A stretch of 64,000 bases of DNA from an uncultured Parachlamydiaceae bacterium (GCA_963752155.1 CAVVXH010000011.1:160001-224000); one strand, 5' to 3'. Positions 39,804 to 50,649 are shown, numbered from the stretch's first letter. Program-made: numbers and translations. Notes: a model not told the origin generated them from the letters alone.

Positions 39804-40193
39804 ATGTCACATTCTCATCATCATCACGAAGGTTGTTGTCACCATCATGAGCATGATTCTTGCGGTTCATCACACAATCATAAACAGGGTTCTTGCTGTT
39901 CATCACATGAGCATAGCTCTTGCTGTCATCAAAGTAACCATGAAAGCCATGAAGATTTTGCCCATCAACTATTACAAATTGCCGATGAGGCTTGGATGGA
40001 ACTTTTAAAAGATAAAATCAAACACCACATTCTTTCTTCTTGTGGACAGCAACTTGAAAGCATTGCTTCAGTTGTAGCTGAAACCAACAAATGTCGTTGG
40101 CATCATAAAATTGCCATGCATAAAGGTAAAGAAGAGTACAAAAATAAACTTGAAAACGCTATTGGCTGTTCTTCAGGTTCTTGCAAATCTTAA
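39804..40193 (+). CDS. His/Cys-rich small protein, possible metal-binding
   Basis: HSHHHHEGCCHHHEH...CCSSHEHSSCCH; AAGGAGG SD. Confidence 0.75.
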   Translation: MSHSHHHHEGCCHHHEHDSCGSSHNHKQGSCCSSHEHSSCCHQSNHESHEDFAHQLLQIADEAWMELLKDKIKHHILSSCGQQLESIASVVAETNKCRWHHKIAMHKGKEEYKNKLENAIGCSSGSCKS

Positions 40194-40213
40194 ACAAGAC
40201 TAGCCCCAGGCAA

Positions 40214-40446
40214 ATGAAATCAGAACATTTTAGATCTGGCGCTATTTCAAGTTGACTTGTTAAAAATTTTTTGGAGTGCGTGTGGCTCTGCCACCGCGCG
40301 AGAGGTCTATTGCGAAAAGTTCATTTGGATAAATAATAGGTTTCTATATCAGCATAAATTGAATTATATTGCTGCCAGTAATCTTTAGGACCCGGGCCTT
40401 TAAATCAACTTCTCGCGCGGTGGCAGAGCCACACGCACTCCAAAAA
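40214..40446. mobile_element. Family B element with longer spacer and truncated right arm
   Basis: Left arm is near-identical to 17774; right arm ends at gcactccaaaaa. Confidence 0.85.
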
Positions 40447-40473
40447 GTTCTTAGAGGTCATCTATTTTAGAGG

Positions 40474-40956
40474 CTAAAGAGATTTATCTTTATTCCCTAG
40501 CATCTTTTCAAGTAAATAATCCAAAGATATTTTTCCGGGACCAAAGACGAAAAGTATTAAACAAGCTAACATAAAATTAAACGGAGCCTCTTTTACAAAA
40601 GTGCTTGGATCATCCAAGATATGCTTAACTGACTCCACATGGGCCGTCAAGTACGCTCCAATCATCACACAAAACAAAGGAATTGAAACCAAGCGTGTAG
40701 CGAAACCAATCAATAAAAGAAGTCCTCCCACAAGTTCTGTGGAGGCAACTGTATATGCAGCATAGTCAGCCATTGGAATCTCAAGACTTTTAAAATAAGA
40801 AGCTACAGATTCGATGTCATTAAACTTTCCACGCCCTGACATAAAAAAACCACTTCCCCAATAAAGACGAATAGCAAGCAACAGCAAAGATTGTAGGCTT
40901 TCTCCAACAGTAATGAGTCCATTGTAAATATTTCGTAGGGGCGAATAATGATTCAT
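40474..40956 (-). CDS. DoxX family membrane protein
   Basis: IRLYWG, ELVGGLLLLIGF.TR and GPGKISLD motifs. Confidence 0.9.
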   Translation of the reverse strand: MNHYSPLRNIYNGLITVGESLQSLLLLAIRLYWGSGFFMSGRGKFNDIESVASYFKSLEIPMADYAAYTVASTELVGGLLLLIGFATRLVSIPLFCVMIGAYLTAHVESVKHILDDPSTFVKEAPFNFMLACLILFVFGPGKISLDYLLEKMLGNKDKSL

Positions 40957-41117
40957 ATCATTTCCTTTGGTGTGATCTTTTCACATATTAATATCAAAAT
41001 TTCAATATATTTTAAAATCTATAATTTATTTTGCCAGATAAAATATTTTTTTTATACACTTAAGAAAGAAGGAGTTTCCTTCCGAATGTGATTGCAATTT
41101 TTAATCAGGAGAATAAT

Positions 41118-41600
41118 ATGTCTAGCCAAAACACGCCCCCATCCTCTCCAGAACGTTATCCCAAAAATCCCGACGAAATTGAAATAGGCAAAAAAAAAGA
41201 AGAAGAGACTGGAGGGGCCAACTTTCGCACCTATACTTCTAAACCAAATAATACATCCCCGCCTCGCTATGATGCGTTAACCGAATATATCAAAAAAAAT
41301 CCTAAAGATGCTATTGCCTATATTCTCATGGTCATCAGCTTATTGATGATACTTTTTAACTTCTATACTGACTATGCTAACTTAATTGCGGGTATCATTT
41401 TTGGACTCTACTTTGCCGATGAGCTTGCTTTTCTAGTGACAAACGTAAAGAGCTTTGTTGAAGAATATGAACTTGTTAAAACTTTAGTTTTAGGAGCATC
41501 GCTTTTGGTACTCTGCATACAAGTTCCCCTCTTTTTTATAGGAGCTGCGATCATTACAGGAATCAAAATTTTATGGCCAGAGTCAAAGAATAAGATTTGA
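41118..41600 (+). CDS. Hypothetical membrane protein
   Basis: AGGAG SD before MSSQ; several hydrophobic segments. Confidence 0.7.
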   Translation: MSSQNTPPSSPERYPKNPDEIEIGKKKEEETGGANFRTYTSKPNNTSPPRYDALTEYIKKNPKDAIAYILMVISLLMILFNFYTDYANLIAGIIFGLYFADELAFLVTNVKSFVEEYELVKTLVLGASLLVLCIQVPLFFIGAAIITGIKILWPESKNKI

Positions 41601-42082
41601 ATTATACCAGGCTCGATCATAAACTTGGACTTTGTGAACGCATCTTTTTTCCCCTGTTGATTTATGCAAAAAAGGCCTACAAACATGTATGTCTCTTTTT
41701 TGAACAAATCAACAGACAAAAAATCTGCATCCACAAAATCCAATTTTATGACCGAGCCTGGTATACGGGACAACAGCAACAACTTAAAACAACTGTTGTC
41801 TCCACTATCCCTTATTATTACTCTCATAATATCATCTCCTGTCCTTGCTTGGCGTCTTTGCCACATCAATATAGCCCCAACACTTCATTATTTTTTTTAA
41901 AAAAAATTAACTTTTCTGTTTTAATACTTCGATATTTTTAATATATATCCACAACTTTATTCATTTAATTAACTAAAACTAAAATACTTTACACTAAAAT
42001 TAATTATTGTTTATTATAAAAATGCAGTAATAAAACAAATTCATCGAAATTGGACTTTAATTAATAAACAAATGGTGAATTT

Positions 42083-44593
42083 ATGCATATAAATAAGCTT
42101 AGTGATATTGGAAGACAGTTTCATGATATCGAGAAGCGCTTAAGCACGAAACCTCAAACAAAAGTTGAACAAGCAAGCTCCAAGATCCTCCCGCCACAAA
42201 AAAAAACGAGTGACGCTCCTGTTCATTCAGTCAAGAGTGAAAACTTACGTTCTTCTAAGAGAGCTCCAGCTCCTTTACCAAATATTGCAGAGGTTACGAA
42301 AAACGAACCAAAAAAAAGAGCCGCTTTTCATGTAATCACTCCAAATGAACGTAAAGCAACAGCAGAAGCTGCTCTTAAAGAGAACCTACCACTTGGGAAT
42401 CAAAAACTCTTGGTAAGCATAACAAAGGATCCACAACTCCTTACTGATCTAGCTAGAATGCCTCATACAATAATTGGAGGCGTTGAACTACAACATACTG
42501 AGGGTCTTGTTCATCATAAACAGATCAATGACAATATGCTTTACAGGGCGACTTCAAACAAAGTACGAGCTCTCATCTCCTTTGAAAACAAAGAACTTGG
42601 ACAAAAAATTTCTTCAGAAAAAATCGACCAGATCCTTTATTCAACCTCTCAAACATTTAATAATGAAGTTGCCATGGAAGTTGAAAAAGAGATTAACCCA
42701 GATCGAGAATGGTCCTCTAAACAGGGAACATCTGAACGTACTTGTTCAATTGACTATAAAGAAAATGAAACACCCCCCGTCACCCTCGTTGTCACAACTC
42801 GAATAGAAAAAACCTTCAGGAAAGTAGATGATATCACCGAAAACAAGATGGATGGTCCTACAAAAAAAGTAACCATAGAATCTCAGGTCCTACATGATTT
42901 AAAAACCGGTGAAGTTTCATTCAAATACATGTACATTATTGATGGCAAAACCAAAGAGTGGGATCCGTGTGCTGGTGAAATTCCAAGATCCCCAGCAGAA
43001 TCAACACCAGAAGGACAATTAGCAACCTTAGCGGCAATGGCATCAGCTACACATGGTTGTGCAGAATATATTGCAACAGGTTTAGAATTCGTTGAAGCTA
43101 TAGATACAGCAAGCAAAAATACAGCTATCACAACGGCTTCTGTCGTTGGAGGAATTGGAGTCATTTCATCTTTTCTTGAATTCGCTGTCATTTTTCAAAA
43201 TGTTTCAAATTATAGAGATCTTAAGCAAGAACTTGAAAAAATGAAAACGGATTTAACGCTGGAAAAACACAATGCTGACAGAGATATCAATTCAATAAAA
43301 ATTCTTGAAAACAAAATAACGGAACGTGAAGCTCAATTAAACTCAATTTTACAAGAAACGGCAAAAGAAATCATGGTGAACTCACATAACGTGGCCTCAT
43401 CAGTCACTCATATTGCTCATGCCGCTGTTGACGTAGGATCTCGTGCTGCTACTGGCTTAGCGGTTGCTGGAGGCGCACTAGGTGTGGCCGGAGGAGCCAT
43501 CGGTGGAGGAATTTCAGTTGCAAATCTTTACCGTGATTTCCAAACTTTTGAAAATTTTGAAGGTGAAATTCAAGAAATTAAATTGCTTAAACAAGGATAT
43601 CCACCTGATTCATTAGAATATAAAATTTTAGATATGAAAATGAAGCAACTTAGAAAACAAAACGATGCTCTATTTGTCAGCTCATGTACAAACTACATGG
43701 GGATCATTTCCGGAACGCTTGGTACTGGGGCAGCAATTGGAACGATTGTAGGGGCAAGCGGAGTCGCAATCGGTGCAGCAGGAACAACTCTCATTTCATC
43801 CACTGGTGTCGGAGCTATCGTCATTGGGCTGGCTGCCACTGCAGCTGTCGCAGGCTATGGAGTCCATAAATATCAATATGAAATTAGCAATTATATGGAG
43901 GCTTTCCCACTCGTCATAAATTCATATTTAGAGAATAAAAAAATAGATGAATTAAAGCAAAAAAAAGCAGAATTAAAAACTGAATATTTAGCTGCACAAT
44001 TTTTTAAAGAAGATGTTATATTTAGAGAAATAATAGAACTAAAACCGATATATTTGACAGAGGTACTTGTTGATAAAAAATTGATATCAAAATTAGAAAA
44101 ACTTGACACTAAGTGGGAATCTGTTACAAAAAAGCAGTTTAATGAATTAAAAAGATCATTTAATGAAGAAGTTGAATATCTACAAGAACAAAAAAAAGAA
44201 ATTCGTTATAAACTAGAAACTTCGCTTCAAGAAAATGAGGCAGATTTAAAAATACTTGAAGATGAAATCCAAAAAACCAATCAAGATCTCAGTGATGTGG
44301 AAAACCAATACAAAAAAACTGAAACAGAGAGAGCTAAATTAGAAAAAAAATTAAAAGCAATAGAAATTGCTAAAGAAATGCAAGATGTGAAGTATACTGA
44401 AATTGAAAATTTTATGACAGATCTCGCACAGGGTACAGCGACTCAGAAACAAAGAGATGACATAAAAGAGTTGTTAATAGATCTTGGAGCAATTACTGAT
44501 GAGAAGGAATATAATAATGATCCCGTTTCTGTCATTCTAAAATACGTAACTAAAGAGGTTACTCATGAACAAAAAAAACTTACTATCTATTAA
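42083..44593 (+). CDS. Large hypothetical protein with Gly/Ala-rich hydrophobic segments and coiled coils; candidate type III substrate
   Basis: 836 aa; low-complexity N-terminus; three hydrophobic blocks; long K/E-rich C-terminus; followed by a chaperone-like gene. Confidence 0.7.
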   Translation: MHINKLSDIGRQFHDIEKRLSTKPQTKVEQASSKILPPQKKTSDAPVHSVKSENLRSSKRAPAPLPNIAEVTKNEPKKRAAFHVITPNERKATAEAALKENLPLGNQKLLVSITKDPQLLTDLARMPHTIIGGVELQHTEGLVHHKQINDNMLYRATSNKVRALISFENKELGQKISSEKIDQILYSTSQTFNNEVAMEVEKEINPDREWSSKQGTSERTCSIDYKENETPPVTLVVTTRIEKTFRKVDDITENKMDGPTKKVTIESQVLHDLKTGEVSFKYMYIIDGKTKEWDPCAGEIPRSPAESTPEGQLATLAAMASATHGCAEYIATGLEFVEAIDTASKNTAITTASVVGGIGVISSFLEFAVIFQNVSNYRDLKQELEKMKTDLTLEKHNADRDINSIKILENKITEREAQLNSILQETAKEIMVNSHNVASSVTHIAHAAVDVGSRAATGLAVAGGALGVAGGAIGGGISVANLYRDFQTFENFEGEIQEIKLLKQGYPPDSLEYKILDMKMKQLRKQNDALFVSSCTNYMGIISGTLGTGAAIGTIVGASGVAIGAAGTTLISSTGVGAIVIGLAATAAVAGYGVHKYQYEISNYMEAFPLVINSYLENKKIDELKQKKAELKTEYLAAQFFKEDVIFREIIELKPIYLTEVLVDKKLISKLEKLDTKWESVTKKQFNELKRSFNEEVEYLQEQKKEIRYKLETSLQENEADLKILEDEIQKTNQDLSDVENQYKKTETERAKLEKKLKAIEIAKEMQDVKYTEIENFMTDLAQGTATQKQRDDIKELLIDLGAITDEKEYNNDPVSVILKYVTKEVTHEQKKLTIY

Positions 44594-45062
44594 AAATGGA
44601 CTGAAAAGTAAAGGATATCACTGCAAAGGTTTTAATAAAGATGATTCAAACTTAGAAGTTATTATCGAAGTCGACGCGCAACATCGTTCTTGGACAGGAA
44701 TATTGGTACCTTCCTCAAAGAGGATAACTATCGGCAAAGAAGAAGCTTCATTTTTAGAAGTCTATTTGCAATTCCCTTACGGATGCAAAATCACAGCCAT
44801 TCCAAATCTCTGTAGATTGCTTCTTTTACTCAATAAAGGGTTGCTTTTTCCTTCATTTGGTTTTAGTGAAATTGAAGGAGTTATCTATTATCGCTATACC
44901 ATTTATTGCGCAAAAGACGCAGTCCCTTTGGACTTTACATTAGCTCTTATCGACATGCTATTGCTGTACATAGACAGTCTTTCCCCCATGATAGAAGCGG
45001 TCGCTAATGGAGAAAAAGAGGTTCATGAAGTCCTTAAAATGGTTACAACAATCGATGTTTAA
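44565..45062 (+). CDS. YbjN/CesT-like type III chaperone-fold protein
   Basis: LCRLLLLLNK...PSFGFSE.EG.IYYRY pattern; 165 aa. Confidence 0.6.
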   Translation: MNKKNLLSIKNGLKSKGYHCKGFNKDDSNLEVIIEVDAQHRSWTGILVPSSKRITIGKEEASFLEVYLQFPYGCKITAIPNLCRLLLLLNKGLLFPSFGFSEIEGVIYYRYTIYCAKDAVPLDFTLALIDMLLLYIDSLSPMIEAVANGEKEVHEVLKMVTTIDV

Positions 45063-46443
45063 TCTTATTATACCCATTTAATGCTGCGACGCGATAACCT
45101 TCAGCATAGGTGGGGTAATTAAAAACTTGATCAATAAAATAATCGATCTTTGCATTAAAACTTTTTGCCACTTGACCGATGTGAATCACTTCTGTAGCCC
45201 CTCGTCCAATAATATGAATTCCTAAAATTTCTAATGTTTCTGCATGAAAGAGAATTTTGAACATTCCGATATGACTTCCTACGATGTGACTTCGCGCTAT
45301 CTCATAGTAATAGGCCCTTCCGACTTCATAGCGAAAATTCATAGCTTTAAGCTGATCTTCAGTATATCCACAACTTGAAATCTCAGGGATTGTATAGATT
45401 CCAATGGGATAAAAATCTGGAAAATGATGCGTTTGAGCACCACATGCATGTCTAGCCGCAAGCCGACCTTGTTCCATACTTGTAGAGGCTAATGAAGGAC
45501 CTCCGATGACATCTCCCACAGCATAAATATGGGGAACAGCAGTTTGAAATAACTCATTGACCGTTATGTAACCTCTATCGTTTAAGGCGACCCCGGAATT
45601 TTCAATATGTAATGAACTGACGTTGGCTGTACGCCCTAGAGCATAAAGCAAAACGTCAGCCTCTAATGATGTGCCATCCTTAAAATGAGCTATAGCTCGA
45701 TTCCCTTCTCTAAACACTTTTGTGGGTTCTTTTTTTCCAATGAATTTTAAGCCGATATCGGTCAAAGCTGTTTGCAAATGGATACCCACTTCAGAATCCA
45801 ACATCGGCAAAAGATGCTCTTTCTTGTCTATAATTGTCACCTCTGTTCCAAGTGCTGAAAAGAAGCTAGCATACTCAGAACCAATAATGCCTCCCCCCAA
45901 AACCAACATGGATTTAGGAAGTTTTGTTAAACCTAACAATCTTGTAGAATCTAATATCACTTCATTATCAAATTTGATATTCTCGGGATTACGCGGCTTT
46001 GAACCTGTCGCGATAATAAAGACGGAAGCTTTAATTTGGAATAAAAGCCTAAAATCACTATCGACAACAATGAGCATGTGGGGGTCTTCAAAACGTGCTG
46101 TCCCAGTAATCAGGCGAATTTTATTTTTCTTGAATTGCCGATAGACCATATTTCGTTCTTCATCAATGACTTGACTTAAACGATTGTTTAGTTCGGTATA
46201 GGTGACATCGTGAGGTTCGAATTCTTGAGTGTTAAATCCCCGTTCATTAAAGCGTGTTAAGTCAATAATGGCTTCACGCAATGATTTTGAAGGAATGGTT
46301 CCAAAATATAGACATTGGCCTCCGGGTTCGGGAGCTTTTTCAACAACAATGACACTTTTACCTAGCTTTGAGGCTTGAATAGCTGCTTTTTGCCCTGCCG
46401 GACCAGAGCCAATAATGCATATATCGACTGATAATTCTTCCAT
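45043..46443 (-). CDS. sthA: Soluble pyridine nucleotide transhydrogenase
   Basis: GSGPAGQKAA, GGQCLYFGTIPSK, LASTSMEQGR and FNYPT.AE.Y motifs. Confidence 0.9.
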   Translation of the reverse strand: MEELSVDICIIGSGPAGQKAAIQASKLGKSVIVVEKAPEPGGQCLYFGTIPSKSLREAIIDLTRFNERGFNTQEFEPHDVTYTELNNRLSQVIDEERNMVYRQFKKNKIRLITGTARFEDPHMLIVVDSDFRLLFQIKASVFIIATGSKPRNPENIKFDNEVILDSTRLLGLTKLPKSMLVLGGGIIGSEYASFFSALGTEVTIIDKKEHLLPMLDSEVGIHLQTALTDIGLKFIGKKEPTKVFREGNRAIAHFKDGTSLEADVLLYALGRTANVSSLHIENSGVALNDRGYITVNELFQTAVPHIYAVGDVIGGPSLASTSMEQGRLAARHACGAQTHHFPDFYPIGIYTIPEISSCGYTEDQLKAMNFRYEVGRAYYYEIARSHIVGSHIGMFKILFHAETLEILGIHIIGRGATEVIHIGQVAKSFNAKIDYFIDQVFNYPTYAEGYRVAALNGYNKIKHRLL

Positions 46444-46550
46444 AAAACTCCCCTTGATAATTTCACTATAAGTAAACAATAAGATCTTTACAATATGGGA
46501 TAGCAAACTAATAAAAAATATGTTAACTTAAGTATAAGGGGGAGGTATAT

Positions 46551-47021
46551 ATGGCTAAGACAAATTTCACTAAAGTCGAAGGTCTTTTAGAAGCCGAGCT
46601 TGCCAAAATGGAAGCGAAAAAACTAGATAAACTCGCGGATATTGCCCAAAATGTTAAACGTCCTGAAATGCGTAAAATGGTAGAAAGTGCGGCCATCGCC
46701 AATAAGAAAACTGAAATAGACCGCTCTGCCTTAATCCATTCCATTCAAAGTTCTATGAAGAAATTCAAAGATCCTACTTTTTACACTGCTATCGGGATCA
46801 CTTTGGAAGAATTACAAGCGCTTCTAGAAATCCCAAAAGAAAAGCTCGATAATGCTCAATGGAATAGGCTTTTGGAACTGCGACCTAAAATTCAAGAATT
46901 CAAAAAAAAGTACATAGAGACTCATCCTGAAGCTGCCGATACGAGTCTTATCGAAGGAGAAAGGCATAAGCATATTAATAAGCGGTTTAATGTTAAAGAC
47001 AAATGGCTGCCTCTCAAATAA
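46551..47021 (+). CDS. Hypothetical protein
   Basis: 156-aa ORF with GGAGG SD; ends HINKRFNV...WLPL. Confidence 0.8.
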   Translation: MAKTNFTKVEGLLEAELAKMEAKKLDKLADIAQNVKRPEMRKMVESAAIANKKTEIDRSALIHSIQSSMKKFKDPTFYTAIGITLEELQALLEIPKEKLDNAQWNRLLELRPKIQEFKKKYIETHPEAADTSLIEGERHKHINKRFNVKDKWLPLK

Positions 47022-47115
47022 CGTTTCGCTTTGTGTTTAATTTTTCTGCTTGAAGACTAAAACCAGATTTGCTACTCTAGGGTTTTAATTCATTGAATCT
47101 ATTTGGAGAATTCTC

Positions 47116-47391
47116 ATGTCAAAAGTATGTCAAGTTACTGGCAAAAAGCCTGCTCGCGGTTATACGTATTGTATTCGTGGTATCGCAAAAAAGAAAAAGG
47201 GAATCGGTTTGAAAGTCACGGGAAAGACCAAACGTCGCTTTCAACCTAACCTCGTTAGAAAACGGATTTGGTTTAGTGATGAGAAACGTTTTGTCTCGTT
47301 GCGACTTAGCACCGCCGCTCTTCGCACCATCGATAAAAACGGCATCACTGAAACAGTTAAAGCACTTCGAGCTGCAGGACACGTCGTTTAA
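47116..47391 (+). CDS. rpmB: 50S ribosomal protein L28
   Basis: MSKVCQVTGKK, TKRRFQPNL and LRTIDK motifs. Confidence 0.95.
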   Translation: MSKVCQVTGKKPARGYTYCIRGIAKKKKGIGLKVTGKTKRRFQPNLVRKRIWFSDEKRFVSLRLSTAALRTIDKNGITETVKALRAAGHVV

Positions 47392-47464
47392 TAAGCTGTT
47401 GACTCCAATACATTTTTATGCTATAATTGTTATATACTTAAATATTTAACTTTATGGGATAAAG

Positions 47465-48829
47465 ATGTTTGATCTTTTTTACTATTTAGAACTTTTTGAA
47501 GATCATCTTTGGGCTTACATCGGAGGCCCAACCGTCATTTTCTTCGGGCTATATTTATCCTTTCAATCCAATTTTCTCCAAATTCGACGCTTCCCCACCG
47601 CATTAAAGATTTTTTGGGAATTCCTGACTATACGCAATACAAATACAACCGGTGTTCATCCGATCAAAACATTTTTTGCATCTGTAGGCGGTTGCGTAGG
47701 AGTAGGAAATATCGTCGCCATCTGTACTGCCGTTCAACTCGGTGGCCCCGGAGCCCTCTTGTGGATATGGATCACAGCGATCATGGGAATGATCATCAAG
47801 TACTCCGAAATCTACTTAGGACTACAATTTCGGATTCGAAATAAAGAAGGCTCTTATAATGGCGGTCCCATGTACTATCTTCAACATGCTTTTAAAGGAA
47901 AGACATTTGCTATCATGGCTTCTATTTTGCTTTGCATCTACGGGGTTGAAGTTGCACAATTTCGGATCGTTACAACTGCCATCACTAACAATTTTGATAT
48001 CAACGAATATTTGGTCATCGGAGTCTTTTTATTTTTGATTTTATTTGCAGGAAGTGGAGGGATCCGACGAGTAGGCAATATCTCGAGCACAACGATCCCT
48101 GTTTTTGTCATCCTTTATATCGGCATGGGATCTTGGGTTTTACTCAACAATTTAACTCTCATTCCCTCAGTCCTTTCTGAAGTATTTTCCTCAGCCTTCA
48201 CCGGCTCAGCAGTAGAAGGCGGGCTCTTTGGCAGTGCTTTGTTAACCACGATGTCTCACGGAATACGACGTGGCTGCTACACAGGTGATATCGGCATTGG
48301 ATATGCTTCAATCATTCATAGCGAAAGTTCTACAGTCATTCCTGAAAAACAAGCGACCTTAGCAATCATCGACATATTCCTAGATACGTTTATCATTTGT
48401 ACAACAAGTATCATGTTAATTTTGGTCACGGATGTTTGGAATTCATCTATTCCTACCGCTCTACTCGTGCAATCTGCATTAGGAAACTACTTTTCTTACA
48501 TGGACCTTTTCATGCCTTTTTTTCTTTTCTTGCTTGGATATGGAACAATTAATGCTTACTTTAGTGCAGGCCTAAAGTGTGCAGACTTTATTTGGCCCAA
48601 CTACGGCAAAAAATTCTATTACATCTACGCCGTAACAGCCCTCATCTTCTTCTCATTCTTTGATATTTCTAAAGCGCAAGCTCTCATGGGGATTGCAGGT
48701 GGTCTTTTGCTTGTCATTAACTGTGCAGGTATTTACCAATTACGTCACCATCTTTCATTCAATATCGACAATAAACCTGAAGAGGAAGAAGTTCAATCAC
48801 TAGCGACAGCAACGATCGAAGCTCAATAG
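47465..48829 (+). CDS. Alanine/glycine:cation symporter (AGCS)
   Basis: VGVGNI, GGPGAL.W.W and GGPMYY motifs. Confidence 0.92.
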   Translation: MFDLFYYLELFEDHLWAYIGGPTVIFFGLYLSFQSNFLQIRRFPTALKIFWEFLTIRNTNTTGVHPIKTFFASVGGCVGVGNIVAICTAVQLGGPGALLWIWITAIMGMIIKYSEIYLGLQFRIRNKEGSYNGGPMYYLQHAFKGKTFAIMASILLCIYGVEVAQFRIVTTAITNNFDINEYLVIGVFLFLILFAGSGGIRRVGNISSTTIPVFVILYIGMGSWVLLNNLTLIPSVLSEVFSSAFTGSAVEGGLFGSALLTTMSHGIRRGCYTGDIGIGYASIIHSESSTVIPEKQATLAIIDIFLDTFIICTTSIMLILVTDVWNSSIPTALLVQSALGNYFSYMDLFMPFFLFLLGYGTINAYFSAGLKCADFIWPNYGKKFYYIYAVTALIFFSFFDISKAQALMGIAGGLLLVINCAGIYQLRHHLSFNIDNKPEEEEVQSLATATIEAQ

Positions 48830-48909
48830 AGAGAAGATTTCAGTTAGTTTAGAGAGACTTGTAAAGTTTCATGATAGCATGTCGCTTGAAGAGTTTTGGA
48901 GTTTTAAAC

Positions 48910-48950
48910 GCTCGTTTCGATAACTTTATCCGATCAAAACGAGCATTTTT
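48910..48950 (+). terminator. Candidate intrinsic terminator
   Basis: gctcgttt...aaacgagc stem followed by a T-run. Confidence 0.45.
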
Positions 48951-48963
48951 TCTGCAATATAAT

Positions 48964-49034
48964 ACTTCTCGCGCGGTGGCAGAGCCACACGCACTCCAAA
49001 AAATTTTTAACGAGTCAGCTTGAAATAGCGCCAG
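48964..49034. repeat. Single arm of family B overlapping the 3' end of the nucleotidase gene
   Basis: acttctcgcgcggtggcagagccacacgcactccaaaaaatttttaacgagtcagcttgaaatagcgccag. Confidence 0.9.
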
Positions 49035-49950
49035 TAATAACTTTTATGTTAGGCTCAGATGTCTTTCTCAAACTGAAATAGGATTCAATAATTTTTGAAA
49101 CATCGGAATCTTCCTCTAGTCCAAAAATTGGACGCATGCGCCAACTTGGAATAATCTTTTTTCCATTCTCATCTTTGATAACTTGCAACTGAATGACTCC
49201 AAGAAATTCACCATCACTTCCTGATTTATGAACAAGGACACCTTTTTTGTAGTAAGTCATTGGAATATGGTCATGTCCACCTAAAATGAGGTCGATACCC
49301 GGCACTTCCTTTACAAGGGCAAGGTCTTGATCTATATCTAAATGGGTAACCAAAACAATGACGTCTACACCTTCGTCCTGCAAGGCCTTTACAGCTCTTT
49401 TAGCTGCTTTTTCAGGGGGTATAAAGACTAGATGTTTACCCCCAAGAGCTTTTTCCTTGGTTTTAGGAGTTAAAATCCCTATGAATCCTACCTTTATTCC
49501 TCCAATTTCCCTAATATAGTACGGAGCAATAACTTTACCAATTACGCAATGATCTTGATCAAAAACGTTACTCCCTAGCCAAACAAAATTAGATTCGTTC
49601 ATTCGTTTTTTTAAATTGGCCACACCAAAATCAAATTCATGATTGCCTAAAGACACAATATCGACCCCAACAGCGTTGAACAATCTGACCATTTGTTCAC
49701 CTTTCGTGATGCTTGAAAGCTCCGAAGGAGAAAGAAAATCACCCGAAACAATAGTCACAGCATGCTCAGCATTAGCACGTTCCTGCTTAAGAGCTGTCAT
49801 TAGTTGGGCGAATCCCCCTTTACCATCAATAGGCTGAGTTTCATAAATGTCATTAAAATGTAGAAAAGTCAGAGTGACTTCTTCTGAGCCCCAACCACAG
49901 GCTGACACCAAAATAAACAAGATTCCTAAAATATTTCTGAAAAAAAGCAT
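49015..49950 (-). CDS. 5'-nucleotidase-like metallophosphoesterase, N-terminal domain only
   Basis: HFND, GDFL, LGNHEFD and ILGGHDH motifs; no C-terminal domain. Confidence 0.85.
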   Translation of the reverse strand: MLFFRNILGILFILVSACGWGSEEVTLTFLHFNDIYETQPIDGKGGFAQLMTALKQERANAEHAVTIVSGDFLSPSELSSITKGEQMVRLFNAVGVDIVSLGNHEFDFGVANLKKRMNESNFVWLGSNVFDQDHCVIGKVIAPYYIREIGGIKVGFIGILTPKTKEKALGGKHLVFIPPEKAAKRAVKALQDEGVDVIVLVTHLDIDQDLALVKEVPGIDLILGGHDHIPMTYYKKGVLVHKSGSDGEFLGVIQLQVIKDENGKKIIPSWRMRPIFGLEEDSDVSKIIESYFSLRKTSEPNIKVITGAISS

Positions 49951-50244
49951 AACTTCACCATTTTACGTTCAGTTTAATCAATTTCATATTTATGAATCAA
50001 TCATGACTTGGCATTGGCTAAAAAAGATGTTAAATCACATCTAATTTAAACATATTATTCAAAAAAATAAAAACCTAACTAAGTTATTTTTTAAAAACGA
50101 TAAGAATCATAATTGAAAAGGCGGTGACATTGGAAGCATTTACAGGTTTCAATTAACAATCATTTTAGATATCATGATTCAAGGGACTGTGGATATCGTA
50201 CAGGCCAAAATATCTTATGAGCTTAAAAGAAGGAGAAAATCAAG

Positions 50245-50649
50245 ATGAATTATAAACGCTTTCTCATAGCAACCGTCGTTCTATTCGCTTTCATATTTTT
50301 ATTCGAATGGTTCGTTCATGGATTCCTCTTGTCAGACATGTATAAACAAACTTCAAAAGTTTGGCGCAGTATAGATGAAATGGAGGCCAACTTCCCTCTT
50401 CTTATGCTTTTTCAATTGTGTTTTGCTGCATGGCTATCTTTTGTGTTTACTCGCCTTTACCCTGAAGGAGGGCTTCTAAATGGCCTTCGTTATGGACTTT
50501 ATTTTGGAGTGTTTGCAGGTCTTTTATCTGGCTCGTGGTATTTGCATTTACCTATTTCTGCTGCACTTGGCTGGGATTGGTTCACAACTAGCATCGTGGA
50601 AGGCTTAGGATCAGGTCTATTGCTTGGAGCTATCTACCAAAGGGACTAA
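50245..50649 (+). CDS. Small four-TM hypothetical membrane protein
   Basis: AAGGAG SD; four hydrophobic segments. Confidence 0.75.
   Translation: MNYKRFLIATVVLFAFIFLFEWFVHGFLLSDMYKQTSKVWRSIDEMEANFPLLMLFQLCFAAWLSFVFTRLYPEGGLLNGLRYGLYFGVFAGLLSGSWYLHLPISAALGWDWFTTSIVEGLGSGLLLGAIYQRD

Noticed and set aside
41408..41941. Three overlapping ORFs (41408-41869, 41597-41941, 41664-41900)
   Set aside because: They conflict with each other and show no recognisable motif. One may be a small or decayed gene, but I cannot tell which.
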